From assembly GCA_041855985.1 (NCBI GenBank), contig JBHAFF010000005.1, positions 24,960-88,959 of the forward strand: a stretch of DNA of 64,000 nucleotides, in the 5' to 3' direction. Numbering within the stretch: the first letter of the stretch is position 1; every line of letters starts with the position of its first letter. The stretch comes from Alloprevotella sp. (GTDB taxonomy: Bacteria; Bacteroidota; Bacteroidia; Bacteroidales; Bacteroidaceae). Positions 19,460 through 30,194 of the stretch are shown one piece after another. The notes below the pieces were generated by a model. It saw only the letters and a list, made by a program, of their open reading frames with translations. It was not told the origin of the DNA and did not search any database. The position numbers and the translations under genes are program-made.

Positions 19460-20695
19460 TCAAGCCGTGGCAGACTTCTCAAACTGAGCCCGTGCATAGT
19501 CGAGCGTGATGGTCAACTCATGCTCTCCCTTAGAAGGGGCATCATACATGGCATCCATCATGATGGTCTCGACTATGGAGCGCAGGCCACGCGCACCAAG
19601 TTTGTAGACCACAGCTTGTTCCACGATGTAGTCCAGCACCTCAGGTGCAAAGGTCAGTGTCACCCCATCAAGCGCAAAAAGTTTGGTATACTGCTTAATG
19701 ATGGAGTTCTTCGGCTCTGTGAGGATGCTGCGCAAGGCATCGCGATCGAGGGGTTTAAGATAGGTCAACACAGGAAGGCGACCTATAATCTCAGGGATCA
19801 GGCCGAACGACTTCAAGTCCTGTGGTTCGACATACTGCATCAAGTCAGAAGCATCGATCTTCTTCATGTTCTGCACCGAATTGTAGCCCACGGTATGGGT
19901 ATTCAAACGCTGTGCAATCTTCTTTTCAATGCCGTCAAACGCTCCGCCACAGATGAAGAGGATGTTGTGCGTATCGACATGGATGTAGTCCTGATCGGGA
20001 TGCTTGCGCCCGCCCTTGGGAGGAACATTCACAATGCTGCCTTCCAGGAGTTTGAGCATGCCTTGCTGCACACCCTCTCCACTCACATCGCGCGTAATAG
20101 AAGGATTGTCGCTCTTGCGGGCAATCTTGTCGATCTCATCAATAAAGACGATGCCTCGCTCCGCCTTGGCCACATCAAAATCGGCCACTTGGAGCAGACG
20201 GGAAAGAATGCTCTCCACGTCTTCACCCACATAGCCAGCTTCGGTGAATACCGTTGCGTCCACAATCGTGAAGGGCACTTTGAGGAGTTTGGCAATGGTG
20301 CGTGCCAGCAGGGTCTTACCCGTACCGGTCGACCCGACCATCACGATATTGCTCTTCTCAATTTCCACGCTGTCATCCTCGGCAGACCCGAGACTACGAA
20401 TGCGCTTGTAGTGGTTATAGACCGCTACCGAAAGGTATTTCTTCGCAGCATCCTGCCCGATGATGTACTGGTCAAGATACTCTTTGATCTCACGTGGTGT
20501 GGGGAGGTCGCCAAAATCCTCCACGGGAGCAGCATGATCTTGGCTACGCCTTACATTGTCATCGACAATACGCTTGGCTTGTTCGGCACATTCGTCACAG
20601 ATAAAGCCTTCTGCGCCCGTGATGAGCATCGTTACCTCGCTCGCCCTACGACCACAGAACGAGCAATGGTCTTCGTGTTGCGTTCGTTTTGTCAT
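19460..20695 (-). CDS. clpX: Clp protease ATPase subunit
   Basis: CSFC..C..C zinc finger, [18 protein letters not shown] and GARGLR. Confidence 0.97.
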   Translation of the reverse strand: MTKRTQHEDHCSFCGRRASEVTMLITGAEGFICDECAEQAKRIVDDNVRRSQDHAAPVEDFGDLPTPREIKEYLDQYIIGQDAAKKYLSVAVYNHYKRIRSLGSAEDDSVEIEKSNIVMVGSTGTGKTLLARTIAKLLKVPFTIVDATVFTEAGYVGEDVESILSRLLQVADFDVAKAERGIVFIDEIDKIARKSDNPSITRDVSGEGVQQGMLKLLEGSIVNVPPKGGRKHPDQDYIHVDTHNILFICGGAFDGIEKKIAQRLNTHTVGYNSVQNMKKIDASDLMQYVEPQDLKSFGLIPEIIGRLPVLTYLKPLDRDALRSILTEPKNSIIKQYTKLFALDGVTLTFAPEVLDYIVEQAVVYKLGARGLRSIVETIMMDAMYDAPSKGEHELTITLDYARAQFEKSATA

Positions 20696-20701
20696 AAGCG
20701 G

Positions 20702-21370
20702 TTATCCCTTACGCGCAAGTACATTGTCAATCATCCCATACGCGCGTGCCTCTTCAGCTGTCATCCAATAGTCTCGATCGCTATCGGCCCACACTTTGTC
20801 AAAGTCGGTGTGGCTGTGGTCGGCGATGATGGTATAGAGTTCTTTCTTGAGCTTCAAAATCTCACGTGCAGTGATCTCAATGTCAGAAGCCTGCCCCTGT
20901 GCGCCTCCCAGCGGCTGGTGGATCATCACACGGCTGTGGGGCAGAGCCGAACGCTTGCCCTCCTTGCCCGAAACGAGTAAAACGGCAGCCATAGAGGCGG
21001 CCATGCCCGTGCAAATCGTGGCAACATCGCTCTGGATGAATTGCATCGTATCATAGATTCCCAGACCGGCATATACACTGCCACCAGGGCTGTTGACATA
21101 AATCGAGATGTCCTTGCCGGGATCGGTAGAGTCGAGATAGAGAAGCTGTGCCTGAAGCGTATTGGCAGTATAATCGTCGATCTGCGTGCCAAGGAAGATG
21201 ATGCGATCCATCATCAGACGCGAGAAGACGTCCATCTGCGTTACGTTCAGCTGACGCTCTTCAAGAATGTAAGGGTTGAGGTATTGGTTCTGCATCGCCA
21301 CCACATCGTCCAACACGAGGGAGTTGATCCCCATGTGGCGCGTAGCGAATTTATGAAAGTCCTGTGTCAT
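20702..21370 (-). CDS. clpP: Clp protease proteolytic subunit
   Basis: DVFSRLM, NSPGGSV, GMAASMA and MIHQP. Confidence 0.97.
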   Translation of the reverse strand: MTQDFHKFATRHMGINSLVLDDVVAMQNQYLNPYILEERQLNVTQMDVFSRLMMDRIIFLGTQIDDYTANTLQAQLLYLDSTDPGKDISIYVNSPGGSVYAGLGIYDTMQFIQSDVATICTGMAASMAAVLLVSGKEGKRSALPHSRVMIHQPLGGAQGQASDIEITAREILKLKKELYTIIADHSHTDFDKVWADSDRDYWMTAEEARAYGMIDNVLARKG

Positions 21371-21390
21371 GGTTCTTATCTATAAGAAGG

Positions 21391-21435
21391 AGAAACGGGG
21401 CGAACGGGACTGGAACTCCCATTCGCCCCGTTTCT
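21391..21435 (-). terminator. Strong hairpin between tig and clpP
   Basis: AGAAACGGGGCGAA...TTCGCCCCGTTTCT 14-bp stem. Confidence 0.65.
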
Positions 21436-21531
21436 TTCTATGGAAGCAGAGGGGCAAGAAGGCACGGAGAGCCGGTACTTCTTGTTCCATATTATGTGTG
21501 CCTCGGAAAAACTCCGAGCGGCGGTTGCTCT

Positions 21532-22878
21532 TTATGCGTTGAACAGCTTCTGGAAGTCCTCCACGCTGACCGACTTGCGGTTGAGCGTAACAACATCTTT
21601 GAGAGCAGCGGAAAGCTTTTCGTCAATGCTGCGTTCCACAAGACCATTCACTTGATCGCGATTCTTGAGCATCTCACCAGCGAACTGTTCGAGGTATTCT
21701 TCAGGCACATTGTTCATGCCATACTGCATGAACTGGAAGCGAGCTGCCTTAAGTGCCTGCTCCTTCACGTCTGCATCGTTCACCTTTACTTCGCGAGCAG
21801 CCACGAGTTGCTCTTTGATCAGATGCCACTTCAGTTCCTCAATGCTCTTGTCGAAGTTCTTCTCCACGTAATCCTCGCCCTTATCGGCATTCTGTTCCTT
21901 CATGAAGCGTTTGAGGAGTTCGAGAGGGAATTCGAGTTCACCCACCTTGCTTTCGGCATACTTACGCACATCGAGAAGGAAGCGGTAATCGCTGTCGGCC
22001 ACGTGCTGGGTTGCCATCAGTTCCTTAATCTTGTTGCGGAACTCTTCCTCCGTCTTTACCGTGCCCTCTTCGAAATAGCGGTCAAAGAGTTCCTGATCCA
22101 TCGATGCGGGAACAAAACGGCTGATCTCCTCCACCTGGAAGGTGAAGTTGCCCTTGTGGTTCTCGGCCTCTTCTTTACTTACCTTGATAAGGGCGGCGAA
22201 CTCATTGTCACTGTGTGCCTCTGCCGGATTGAACGTGAGGACATCGCCTACCTTAGCTGCTGCAAAGATGGCTTTTTGTTCTTCGCTCTTGAAGTAGGCG
22301 GGCATCAGACTGGCCTTGTCCACCTGAATACCACCTTCGAGGAGGTTGCCCTCTGCATCCTGTTCGGCCAATGCGCCGCGCAGGATGTCGCGCTCTTCAT
22401 AGCTCTCCACACTCTCGGGATGGCCGGCCTGCTGGGCAAAGTTCTTTACCTGATCGTTGAGTTGCTCATCGGTAATCTCGATGTCGTAGTAGTCTACGGT
22501 GTCGTCAGCCGTAAGTTCGATCTTAAACTCAGGAGCGAGGGCGAGGTCAAAGAGGAACTCGAAGTCATCCTGTTGCTCAAGATCCTGCATCTTCTGTTGC
22601 TCCGAGGCCATCGGTTCGCCGAGGATGTTCACGTTCTGCTCGCGGATATAGTTCATCAAAGCTTCACCAAGCGTCTCGTTGATCTTATCGGCCTTCACCT
22701 GCGCACCAAAACGCTTCTGAATAAGGGAGGCGGGTACTTTTCCGGGACGGAAACCAGGCATTTCTGCCTTGGCAGCGATATTTTTGAGTTCCTTCTTCAC
22801 AGCGTCCTGGTAGTCGGCCTTTTCGAGTTTCACGGTAACAAGTGCCGTAACACCAGACTTTTCGAGGGTAATGTTCAT
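21532..22878 (-). CDS. tig: Trigger factor
   Basis: GFRPGKVP ribosome-binding signature; tig-clpP-clpX order. Confidence 0.95.
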   Translation of the reverse strand: MNITLEKSGVTALVTVKLEKADYQDAVKKELKNIAAKAEMPGFRPGKVPASLIQKRFGAQVKADKINETLGEALMNYIREQNVNILGEPMASEQQKMQDLEQQDDFEFLFDLALAPEFKIELTADDTVDYYDIEITDEQLNDQVKNFAQQAGHPESVESYEERDILRGALAEQDAEGNLLEGGIQVDKASLMPAYFKSEEQKAIFAAAKVGDVLTFNPAEAHSDNEFAALIKVSKEEAENHKGNFTFQVEEISRFVPASMDQELFDRYFEEGTVKTEEEFRNKIKELMATQHVADSDYRFLLDVRKYAESKVGELEFPLELLKRFMKEQNADKGEDYVEKNFDKSIEELKWHLIKEQLVAAREVKVNDADVKEQALKAARFQFMQYGMNNVPEEYLEQFAGEMLKNRDQVNGLVERSIDEKLSAALKDVVTLNRKSVSVEDFQKLFNA

Positions 22879-23026
22879 GGGAGTAGAGTTCGTTATTTGG
22901 ATATTTTATTGTATCATCAGGAGATCGCGTTGCTGTTCCGCCTTGCACAAAGAAAGTTTAGTCCGAGGAGGGATGAGCACCTGTTACATCCGTAGTCGAG
23001 CATTGGATGGAGCACACGATTTAGCG

Positions 23027-23070
23027 CGGCAAAGATAGTGCTTTTTTCGCGAAAAAGGTGTATCTTCGCA
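23027..23070. promoter_or_regulatory. Overlapping divergent promoters for tig and fmt
   Basis: TATCTTTGCC on the minus strand and TATCTTCGCA on the plus strand. Confidence 0.55.
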
Positions 23071-23086
23071 CAAAAATCTATCACAC

Positions 23087-24058
23087 ATGACAAAAGAAGC
23101 TCTGAAAATTGTGTACATGGGTACGCCCGACTTCGCTGTTGAAAGTCTACGTGCCCTCGTGGAGGGCGGCTATCGCGTGGTGGGTGTCGTGACAATGCCC
23201 GATAAACCCGTTGGCCGACATCAGACGGAGCTCTCTCAAAGCCCCGTCAAGCAATATGCCACCGCGCAAGGCATCCCTGTCCTCCAACCAGAAAAGCTGA
23301 AAGACCCCGTCTTTCTCGAACAGCTCCGCATGCTCGATGCCGACCTCCAAGTCGTGGTGGCTTTCCGTATGTTGCCGGAGGTGGTGTGGGCCATGCCGCG
23401 TCTGGGTACCTTCAATCTCCATGCCGCACTACTTCCTCAATATCGTGGGGCAGCTCCCATCAATTGGGCGGTGATCAACGGCGATCGAGAAACCGGAGTG
23501 ACCACATTCTTTTTGGATCACGACATCGACACGGGTGCTGTCATCCGCCGAGTCCCTATTACCATTGAAGAGACAGACAACGCCGGCGATGTACACGACA
23601 AACTGATGACCCTGGGTGCACGCTTGGTCATCGAGACTGTGGATGACATCATCGCCGACCGCGTGCAGCCTATTCCCCAGTCGGAGATGCAACTCGATGC
23701 TCCGCTGCGCCACGCCCCCAAGATTTTCAAAGACACCTGCCGCATTGACTGGACACGGGGCATCGAGCACACCTACAACTTCGTGCGCGGCCTCTCCCCC
23801 TACCCCGCAGCCTGGACAGAACTGGTCGATACCCAAGGCAGGCACACCACACTGAAAGTCTACGCCACCACGCGCGAAACCGCCACTCCCAACGTCCCGC
23901 CCGGAACCCTTGTGAGCGATGGAAAAACCTTCCTAAAAGTGGCTCTTTCCGATGGCTATCTCCACCTCACCACACTTCAACTCGCAGGTAAGAAGCGGAT
24001 GCAAATTTCCGATTTCCTCCGAGGTTTCAAAACCGATGGCACACTCCACGTGCACTAA
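23087..24058 (+). CDS. fmt: Methionyl-tRNA formyltransferase
   Basis: MGTPDFA, NLHAALLPQYRGAAPI and RGLSPYP. Confidence 0.96.
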   Translation: MTKEALKIVYMGTPDFAVESLRALVEGGYRVVGVVTMPDKPVGRHQTELSQSPVKQYATAQGIPVLQPEKLKDPVFLEQLRMLDADLQVVVAFRMLPEVVWAMPRLGTFNLHAALLPQYRGAAPINWAVINGDRETGVTTFFLDHDIDTGAVIRRVPITIEETDNAGDVHDKLMTLGARLVIETVDDIIADRVQPIPQSEMQLDAPLRHAPKIFKDTCRIDWTRGIEHTYNFVRGLSPYPAAWTELVDTQGRHTTLKVYATTRETATPNVPPGTLVSDGKTFLKVALSDGYLHLTTLQLAGKKRMQISDFLRGFKTDGTLHVH

Positions 24059-24076
24059 CTCTACCCAGCTCCACCC

Positions 24077-25246
24077 ATGCCCCTCACGACATTTCACCCG
24101 AACCCTAGTGTAAGGATCACCGGCGAGATCAGCCTCGAAACCGTGCGCGAAGAATTGCGCACCGAGCATCCGGAATACCGCAACCGCCGCACTCTCCCCG
24201 CCGAATGGGCTCCCCAGAGTGCCATCCAACTCACTTGGCCGCACGAACATACAGACTGGAACTATTGCCTAGACGAGGTCACCCAAACCTATGTCCGCAT
24301 GGCCTACGAGATTGCCCTCCGCCAACCGCTCCTCATCGTGCATCCTGAATCCGATACACTTTGCGAATGGCTCAAAGGGCAACTCCCACAATCCGTTCAT
24401 GCGAACATCCGTTTTTTCACCTGCCCAACCAACGACACTTGGGCGCGCGACCACGGTTTGCTGACGGTTGTAGGCACAGGAGGTGCGGAACTTCTGGACT
24501 TCCGCTTTAACGGCTGGGGCGGCAAGTTTGAAGCGACCCTTGACAACGCCATCAACCGCAAGCTCGCGGATGCGGGTCTAGTGCACGGCCGCTACATCGA
24601 CTGCAACGACTTCGAACTCGAAGGTGGTGCCATTGAAAGTGACGGGCGCGGCACACTCCTCACCACAGAAGAATGCCTGCTCAATGCCAATCGACGCCGG
24701 GCGGGCGACCGCATCCCCGAAGTCAACCGCCAACAGGTGGAGTCCCTATTACAGGAACGCTTAGGTGTAGAGCGCATCCTATGGTTGAAACATGGTTATT
24801 TGGCGGGCGACGACACCGATTCGCACATCGACACCTTGGCACGTCTCTGTCCCAATGACACGATTGTCTACGTTCAGAGCAACGATCCAACAGACGAACA
24901 TCACAAAGCCCTCTCAGCCATGGAAGCCGAATTGCACGCCTTCCGCACGATGGAGGGACGTCCCTACCAACTGTTCCCCCTCCCGATGCCCGATGCCATC
25001 TTCGATGAATCCGGCGAACGGTTGCCTGCCACCTATGCCAATTTCCTCATCATGAACCACGCCGTGCTCATGCCTACCTATGCACAGCCCGAACACGATG
25101 AAACAGCGCGACAAATATTGCAAAAAGCCTTTCCTCAGCATGATATCGTAGGTATCGATTGCCGGAGCCTCATTCGCCAGCATGGATCGCTCCACTGCAC
25201 CACGATGCAATTTCCCCGCGGAGTGTTCCGCGCAGACCAGCCATAA
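24077..25246 (+). CDS. aguA: Agmatine deiminase / peptidylarginine deiminase family
   Basis: PAEW, WARD, FNGWGGKF, EGG, DDTDSHID, YANF and GSLHCTT catalytic motifs. Confidence 0.9.
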   Translation: MPLTTFHPNPSVRITGEISLETVREELRTEHPEYRNRRTLPAEWAPQSAIQLTWPHEHTDWNYCLDEVTQTYVRMAYEIALRQPLLIVHPESDTLCEWLKGQLPQSVHANIRFFTCPTNDTWARDHGLLTVVGTGGAELLDFRFNGWGGKFEATLDNAINRKLADAGLVHGRYIDCNDFELEGGAIESDGRGTLLTTEECLLNANRRRAGDRIPEVNRQQVESLLQERLGVERILWLKHGYLAGDDTDSHIDTLARLCPNDTIVYVQSNDPTDEHHKALSAMEAELHAFRTMEGRPYQLFPLPMPDAIFDESGERLPATYANFLIMNHAVLMPTYAQPEHDETARQILQKAFPQHDIVGIDCRSLIRQHGSLHCTTMQFPRGVFRADQP

Positions 25247-25284
25247 AACCAAGTCCATTTCTTTCTCCTCATTTTTACAACAGT

Positions 25285-26157
25285 ATGAATCTCACAGGCA
25301 GACGCAAGTCATCAAACGTAGAAGACCGCCGCTCCCAAGGTGGCGGTTTCCCCATTGGGGGAAAATCCTTGGGCATCGGTGATATGATCATCGTTGGGCT
25401 CATCACCTGGCTCATGGGTGGCAATCCAATGGATGTCGTGACCCAAAGTCTTTCGGGTAGCGACCCCACCACCATGAGCACAGGATCTTATCAGCCCACC
25501 CCCGAAGAAAACGAACTCGCCGAGTTCACCAGCCAGATCCTCGCCGGCACAGAAGACATCTGGACCGCCGAGTTTCAGAAGATCGGCAAGACTTACCGCG
25601 CACCTAAACTCGTGCTCTTCCACGGCAGTGTCCAGAGCGGCTGCGGCGGAGCTACGTCAGCCACCGGCCCGTTCTACTGCTCGGCCGACCAAACGGTCTA
25701 CATTGATTTGGCCTTCTTCACCACAATGCGCCAACAGCTCGGTGCGGACGGCGATTTCGCCTATGCCTATGTCATTGCCCACGAGGTGGGACACCATGTA
25801 CAGTACCTCCTCGGCACACTCGATGCAGCCCACCAAAAGATGGCACAAGTCTCGCAGGTAGAATCCAACCAGATCAGCGTGCGCCTCGAGCTTCAAGCCG
25901 ATTACTATGCCGGACTTTGGGCGCATCACGACAATGCACGCTTCAGCTCCATCGAAGCTGGTGATATCGAAGAGGCTCTTAATGCCGCTTCGGTGATCGG
26001 CGATGACTACCTCCAAAAGAAAGCCCGTGGCCATGCCACTCCCGAAACCTTCAACCACGGCACTTCAGCACAACGTTACCGCTGGCTCAAAGCCGGTCTG
26101 GACAGCGGAAGCCTCGCCGGCGGTGACACCTTCACACAAGCTTATTCTCAGCTCTGA
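25285..26157 (+). CDS. Neutral zinc metallopeptidase, YpfJ family
   Basis: Start MNLTGRRKSSNVEDRR; GPFYC, AHEVGHHVQ and ELQAD; one N-terminal transmembrane segment. Confidence 0.9.
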   Translation: MNLTGRRKSSNVEDRRSQGGGFPIGGKSLGIGDMIIVGLITWLMGGNPMDVVTQSLSGSDPTTMSTGSYQPTPEENELAEFTSQILAGTEDIWTAEFQKIGKTYRAPKLVLFHGSVQSGCGGATSATGPFYCSADQTVYIDLAFFTTMRQQLGADGDFAYAYVIAHEVGHHVQYLLGTLDAAHQKMAQVSQVESNQISVRLELQADYYAGLWAHHDNARFSSIEAGDIEEALNAASVIGDDYLQKKARGHATPETFNHGTSAQRYRWLKAGLDSGSLAGGDTFTQAYSQL

Positions 26158-26290
26158 TCCCATCTCTTACCTCCAAAGACCGCTTTGCTCCACTGACACG
26201 CCAGCAAAGCAAAGATGCCACAGCACCATTGGGTGACAACAGACCTTTCCTATCTGTTGAACACCCACAACCTCCTTCCAACGCTTTCCC

Positions 26291-27169
26291 ATGAACATCG
26301 CACTGATCCAAATGTCCTGCACGGCCGACCTCGAGACGAACAAGGCCAAACTTGCAGCCCGTATCGCCGAGGCCGCTGAACGGCAAGCCGAACTCGTGGT
26401 GTTGCAAGAACTGCATAACTCCCCCTATTTCTGTCAGACCGAGAATACCGATCTCTTCAATTGGGCAGAACCCATCCCCGGGCCATCTACCGAGTTCTAT
26501 GGTGCACTCGCCGCACGCCACCACATCGTGCTCGTCACTTCACTCTTCGAGCGTCGTGCCGCGGGGCTTTACCACAACACGGCAGTGGTCTTCGAGAAGG
26601 ACGGCAGCATCGCCGGGAAATACCGCAAGATGCACATTCCAGACGATCCCGCTTACTATGAGAAGTTCTACTTCACCCCAGGCGATATAGGCTTCCAACC
26701 CATTGATACCAGTGTGGGTCGACTCGGCGTTCAGGTGTGTTGGGATCAATGGTATCCCGAAGGTGCACGTCTGATGGCACTCCGCGGTGCAGAACTCCTG
26801 ATCTACCCCACCGCCATCGGTTACGAGAGTAGTGACACACCCGAAGAACAGGAACGCCAGCGCGAAGCCTGGACTACCGTGCAGCGAGGCCATGCCGTGG
26901 CCAACGGGCTACCCGTCATTGCAGTAAACCGTACGGGGCATGAGAAAGATCCCAGCGGACAGACCAACGGCATCCAGTTCTGGGGCAGCTCATTCGTGGC
27001 CGGCCCTCAAGGCGAGTTCCTCTATCGTGCCGGCAAAGACGAAGAGGTAGTGGCTGTTGTTGATGTTGACCTTCGCCGCTCAGAAAATGTGCGCCGTTGG
27101 TGGCCCTTCCTCCGCGACCGCCGCATCGAAGAGTTCAGCCCTCTTGCCCAACGTTATCTTGATGACTAA
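26291..27169 (+). CDS. aguB: N-carbamoylputrescine amidohydrolase (nitrilase superfamily)
   Basis: LQEL, YRKMHIPDDP.YYEKFYF, CWDQWYPE and RRWWPFLRDRR; clustered with aguA. Confidence 0.88.
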   Translation: MNIALIQMSCTADLETNKAKLAARIAEAAERQAELVVLQELHNSPYFCQTENTDLFNWAEPIPGPSTEFYGALAARHHIVLVTSLFERRAAGLYHNTAVVFEKDGSIAGKYRKMHIPDDPAYYEKFYFTPGDIGFQPIDTSVGRLGVQVCWDQWYPEGARLMALRGAELLIYPTAIGYESSDTPEEQERQREAWTTVQRGHAVANGLPVIAVNRTGHEKDPSGQTNGIQFWGSSFVAGPQGEFLYRAGKDEEVVAVVDVDLRRSENVRRWWPFLRDRRIEEFSPLAQRYLDD

Positions 27170-27195
27170 TCACTGATTGCTTTTCCCTGCCCACA

Positions 27196-28845
27196 ATGAA
27201 ACGTATCCTCCTCAGTGCGGCCACGGCCTTCGCAGCTCTGCATGTGGGTGCCGCCATTCCCCCCTCACCCTCCACCGCCACATGCGCCGCGCTCAACGAC
27301 CACAGCGTAACGGTAGCCGTCTTCTCTCTCAATGACTTCCATGCCGCCCTCCTCACCGATCTTCGGCGAGGAGTGCCGGGGGCAGCCAATGTTGTCGAGA
27401 CCCTCGACAGTCTGAAACGCTGCTATCCCCACCACATCACCGTCTCCGCCGGCGACAACTTCGGCGGAAGTTTTTTCTACACTGCCACACGCCACGAATC
27501 GCTCCTGCCCCAAGCTTTTGCCGACATGGGCATTACCCACAGTGCGGTAGGCAATCATGAATGGGACGATGGGCAGGAGTCCACGGCGGAACGGTGGCAA
27601 AACGGTCGTCTCACCCCACGAGGATGGACACTTCAATACGTCTCTGCCAACGTCCGACAAGCCGATGGTCGACAGCCCGACTACATCATTCCTGCCTTCA
27701 CACAGCAGGTGATGCTCGATCCGCAACGCCCGGAAAAGACGGTAGGCATCCGCTTCATCGGTTTGACCACGAGCAACACACCCTTCCAAGCCAGTGCACG
27801 ACGACTGAAAGGGCTGACGTTCGATGGACGCTATGACCAAGTGCTCGACTCTGTGGCGCGTCTGGACGAAGACGGTCCCGTGCATGCCCGCATACTCCTC
27901 ACCCACATCGGCACTCAGATGCGCCAAGGCTTGCCTGTCTGGGACGACCGAGACTCCACCACCCTTCTCGGCCTCGGCCCACAACGCTTCGATGCCATCC
28001 TCACGGCCCACAGCCACAGCCATGTCATTGGACAAAGTCCCACCCTACGCCCCGTACCCTTGGTACAAGGATTGTGCTATGGCCACTACATCTCCATACT
28101 GAAATGCCGCATCGACACGGCATCCATGCAACTCCTCGACATCACCCCCGAGCTGGTACGCGTAGGATTTCACGAACGGCTCTCACCCCATGCTGCACGC
28201 CTACAAGCCCAGTTGGAGGAGCAGTACCACACAACCCTCTTCCGTGGCGAACCGCTCAGTCGGGTGCTTTCCCACACCAGTACCGGCATCGCTCACAATC
28301 GCAAGGACAACACGCGCCAATGCCGCATGGGCAGTCTCGTCTGTGAGAGCTATGCCCAAGCTTACCGCCAAGCTGCTGCAGCACAAGGCGTACCCACTCA
28401 TCCCAATGAACCAGTAATCGGTGTGAGCCACTTCGGCAGTATCCGCGCGGGGTTTCCGGCAGGTGACGTAACGGTGCTTGATGTGGGCGAAGCACTCCCC
28501 TTTGCCAATCCGCTACGTGCCTACCACTATACCGGGCAGCAGCTACGCGCCCTCATGGAGCACGGCATCAACGTCTGCACCTTGGGGCGCATCCAGACCT
28601 CGGGCGTGCAGGTCGTACAGGACAAGCGCGGCCGAGTCACACAGCTTTCGCTGTCCCTCCCTTCGGGAAAAGTTGTCCCCATCCACGACAAGACGAAACT
28701 CATCCTCGTGGCCGACGACTATATGACCACAGGAGGTGATGGATACCTCCCTGACCAGTTTCCGAAATCGGCAGAAATCACCATTTCCATGGCCGCCTCA
28801 ACCGATGCATTCATCAGTTATCTGAAAACCCTTCCCACGCTCTGA
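27196..28845 (+). CDS. Secreted 5'-nucleotidase / metallophosphoesterase (UshA-like)
   Basis: Signal peptide; NDFH, AGD, VGNHEWD and AHSH; C-terminal IRA..LPFAN..GGDGY. Confidence 0.88.
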   Translation: MKRILLSAATAFAALHVGAAIPPSPSTATCAALNDHSVTVAVFSLNDFHAALLTDLRRGVPGAANVVETLDSLKRCYPHHITVSAGDNFGGSFFYTATRHESLLPQAFADMGITHSAVGNHEWDDGQESTAERWQNGRLTPRGWTLQYVSANVRQADGRQPDYIIPAFTQQVMLDPQRPEKTVGIRFIGLTTSNTPFQASARRLKGLTFDGRYDQVLDSVARLDEDGPVHARILLTHIGTQMRQGLPVWDDRDSTTLLGLGPQRFDAILTAHSHSHVIGQSPTLRPVPLVQGLCYGHYISILKCRIDTASMQLLDITPELVRVGFHERLSPHAARLQAQLEEQYHTTLFRGEPLSRVLSHTSTGIAHNRKDNTRQCRMGSLVCESYAQAYRQAAAAQGVPTHPNEPVIGVSHFGSIRAGFPAGDVTVLDVGEALPFANPLRAYHYTGQQLRALMEHGINVCTLGRIQTSGVQVVQDKRGRVTQLSLSLPSGKVVPIHDKTKLILVADDYMTTGGDGYLPDQFPKSAEITISMAASTDAFISYLKTLPTL

Positions 28846-28852
28846 CAGCTTC

Positions 28853-30151
28853 GTGCACACACACGCCCCACTCCGCCCCTTTTTGTTGGCACTGTTAACG
28901 GTCGCCCCCTCCTTTGCTTCGGCACAGGAAGAGGGCGATTCGGCGTTGGTGGAGCGTCGGCAATCCACATGTGCAGCCACTACTTTTGTACGCCGTACGG
29001 ACACAACGGCAGTAGCACACCACCGCCACTATGGTTTTTCACCCATAGGCATCATGCCGCGACGGCAGAGCAACGCAGAGCAGTGGCGGAACATCCCCGC
29101 AGAATGCCGCATCGACTGGTGGCGACACCGTCGCCGATTCATCCCTGAACTCATCAGCGACCTCGGCCTCTTCTTTAATACCTACGACACCACGTATGTA
29201 CAACGCAACCGCTATGACGGAATGGCCGTGGCCAATCATGTGCGCTTCCTCCAAACGGTCCGTCTCACCGCACATAATGCTGAGGGCGAACGCCAGACAC
29301 TCACCTACGCCCCTGCCCACGTGGTGAAATTCGGCCCCACATTAGGCTGGTCGTGGCTCGTACTGGGCTATACCTTCGGCATTGCCCCTGATCGATATGG
29401 CGGAAAGACATCAGAGTTTAACATCGCTTCTTACAATTCCAAGCTGGGCTTCGACCTCAACTATACACGCAGCAGCGGAAATTTCAACCTCCGTTCAGCA
29501 CAGGGTTTCCCCACATTGGAGCGCACACCCACCGATCTCATCCGCCTCGAAAAGATGAGGGCGCACACCCTCGCGCTGAATCTCTATTACGTGTTCAACT
29601 ACCGCCACTTCTCTTATCCTGCCGCATTCTCTCTCAGCACGGTACAGCTGCGGAGTGCCGGAACCTGGCTCTTGGGCATACGCTACGACCGCCAACAGAT
29701 CAACCTCGACCCAGAGGGCACAGAGCGTGCCCTTCGCCACTTCGATCCCGACCTTTCCCTCACCGATGGGCTGCGCGCATCATTGGTGCGCTACCGACAG
29801 TTTGGCCTCTCCTTTGGCTATGCTTATAATTGGGTGCCGCAGCGCAGATGGCTCATCTCGGCTACCGTATCGCCCTCGCTCGGCTATAAGCATCAGGAGG
29901 GTGAAAACTTCAGCACCAAAGCATTGTGGCAAAACCTCAAGACAGGGATCACGCAGCTCAATGTGGACCTCATCGCGCGCCTCGGCATTGTCTGGACCAC
30001 AGGACGGTACTACGCCGGTGCTTCCGCAGTGAGCTATATCTACGACTACCACCAACCCGACTTCAAGCTCACCCACTCCATCCACTACTTCCGCTTCTAT
30101 CTCGGCCTTTACTTCCACCGTCAAAAGAAGTACCGCCACGAACAACGCTAA
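28853..30151 (+). CDS. DUF4421 family outer-membrane beta-barrel protein
   Basis: Signal peptide, YDTTYV, YYVFNYRHFSYPAAFS.S..Q..SAG and alternating beta strands. Confidence 0.78.
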   Translation: MHTHAPLRPFLLALLTVAPSFASAQEEGDSALVERRQSTCAATTFVRRTDTTAVAHHRHYGFSPIGIMPRRQSNAEQWRNIPAECRIDWWRHRRRFIPELISDLGLFFNTYDTTYVQRNRYDGMAVANHVRFLQTVRLTAHNAEGERQTLTYAPAHVVKFGPTLGWSWLVLGYTFGIAPDRYGGKTSEFNIASYNSKLGFDLNYTRSSGNFNLRSAQGFPTLERTPTDLIRLEKMRAHTLALNLYYVFNYRHFSYPAAFSLSTVQLRSAGTWLLGIRYDRQQINLDPEGTERALRHFDPDLSLTDGLRASLVRYRQFGLSFGYAYNWVPQRRWLISATVSPSLGYKHQEGENFSTKALWQNLKTGITQLNVDLIARLGIVWTTGRYYAGASAVSYIYDYHQPDFKLTHSIHYFRFYLGLYFHRQKKYRHEQR

Positions 30152-30152
30152 C

Positions 30153-30194
30153 GAGGCCACACTCCTTAAACGGAGTGTGGCCTCGCTCTTTTTT
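30153..30194. terminator. Bidirectional terminator
   Basis: GAGGCCACACTCC-N6-GGAGTGTGGCCTC, then a T run, between convergent genes. Confidence 0.85.

Noticed and set aside
19520-22995. Long antisense ORFs over clpX/clpP/tig (also over glnS, ffh, GH20, fadL, and the ORF at 1..567)
   Set aside because: Shadows of well-supported genes on the opposite strand.
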